Assembly (NCBI RefSeq): GCF_001949145.1
Contig: NW_019091357.1
Span: 2,152,114 to 2,216,113 of the forward strand
Reading direction: 5' to 3'
DNA length: 64,000 nucleotides
Source: Acanthaster planci
Lineage: Eukaryota
Position numbers and translations under genes: made by a program. The notes beneath the pieces were generated by a model. It was not told where the DNA came from. It did not search any database and was given only the letters and a program-made list of their open reading frames with translations. Numbering within the stretch: the stretch's first letter is position 1; each line of letters opens with the position of its first letter. Shown piece after piece: positions 63,111 through 64,000 of the stretch.

Positions 63111-64000
63111 CTGCGGAACGATGAAATTAAATCCAATTTTCAAATGCTACATCATTTTCCTGTATTAATTAAGAGCAAAATTTCCTCTGGCTGAAACATT
63201 CCCTTTGCCTGGGACGTCTTGTTCTGTTGTCGCCATCTGTAAAACATTTTGAACCTTACAAAAAAGTCTTCCCTCTTCGGAGACTGTTTCTTGTCAAACA
63301 TCAGTGAAAATTAGCGCCATGACTCACGAAAGACGGCCAAGATTGGATTGTTTTTCCCTATAGGCCTAAACTGAAAGTTAAGTGAGGAGGTGCTCGATTT
63401 ATTACCCTACAAAGTTTCTTATAGCAACGAAGTTAGCCTATTATTTCGTTTGATACATATTTTTGCATGAATTCTGAATGTGGCCTCTGATGCAGTGTTT
63501 AACTATGGAGGTGGTCGCCCAATTCAATCGTGTGCCAACGTTTACACGAGTTGACATTTAAAGTCGTTTAATGCGGCATTCATCAATGTCAACTGCTCCA
63601 ATAAAATCAGGAATGAGTTATGACAAATGCTCGCACTTTGTAATCCCAGCCGGCCACTATTGAGCACACACCGTCGAGTTGGGTTGTAACATGAAAAAAT
63701 AAGACACGAAACTTTTGAACATGTTCGGGACCACCCGCTTTCATAACATTTAAATAACTTCAAAGTCTTGAGAAACAAGTTCCAGTTTAGACTACATCAA
63801 ATCTGAAATCTGTAATTGGCGATAACATTTTCAGTTGTCGACTGCAGTACATCTTCGGAAAGGGTTGGAAGTCATTTGTCATTCATTCATGTATACAAAC
63901 AAACGTTGAAGTGAACAGTTCACTGTCCAACTGTGGCAGCCTCGTCCATTCTTTTCCTACTTCCATGATAATACGCGATGCAGTAGTGAGTGACCAGTTC

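Noticed and set aside
63209..63301. Candidate first exons of the unknown gene (MFDKKQSPKREDFF at 63260-63301, or a GC-donor exon at 63209-63236)
   Set aside because: Both can be made to fit one of two acceptors; the sequence alone cannot decide, so neither is annotated.

Overview
Intron-rich animal (probably invertebrate) genomic DNA; almost all of the supplied ORF track is spurious and genes had to be rebuilt from GT-AG splice sites and codon phase. Three spliced genes are supported. (1) A PHACTR (phosphatase and actin regulator) gene on the - strand (~33.3 kb to stop at 3077) with the FKPWKW motif, three C-terminal RPEL repeats and the PP1-binding tail ending RFHRP*. It has candidate alternative first exons and cassette exons, and I could not find the usual N-terminal RPEL. 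(2) A MAPRE/EB1 microtubule plus-end gene on the + strand (ATG 44358), head-to-head with PHACTR. Its most notable feature is two paralogous terminal exons encoding alternative acidic, Tyr-ending tails (52055-52138 and 54450-54551). (3) A convergent - strand gene (58806 to at least 63110) for an unrecognised protein of at least 409 aa carrying PPPSY, PPSY and PTAP motifs. Introns hold many non-autonomous DNA-transposon miniatures (piggyBac-, PIF/Harbinger-, hAT- and Tc1/mariner-like), a tRNA-derived SINE, minisatellites, dense TACATG(TA) arrays and a 93-N gap. All gene models are manual predictions with no transcript evidence.
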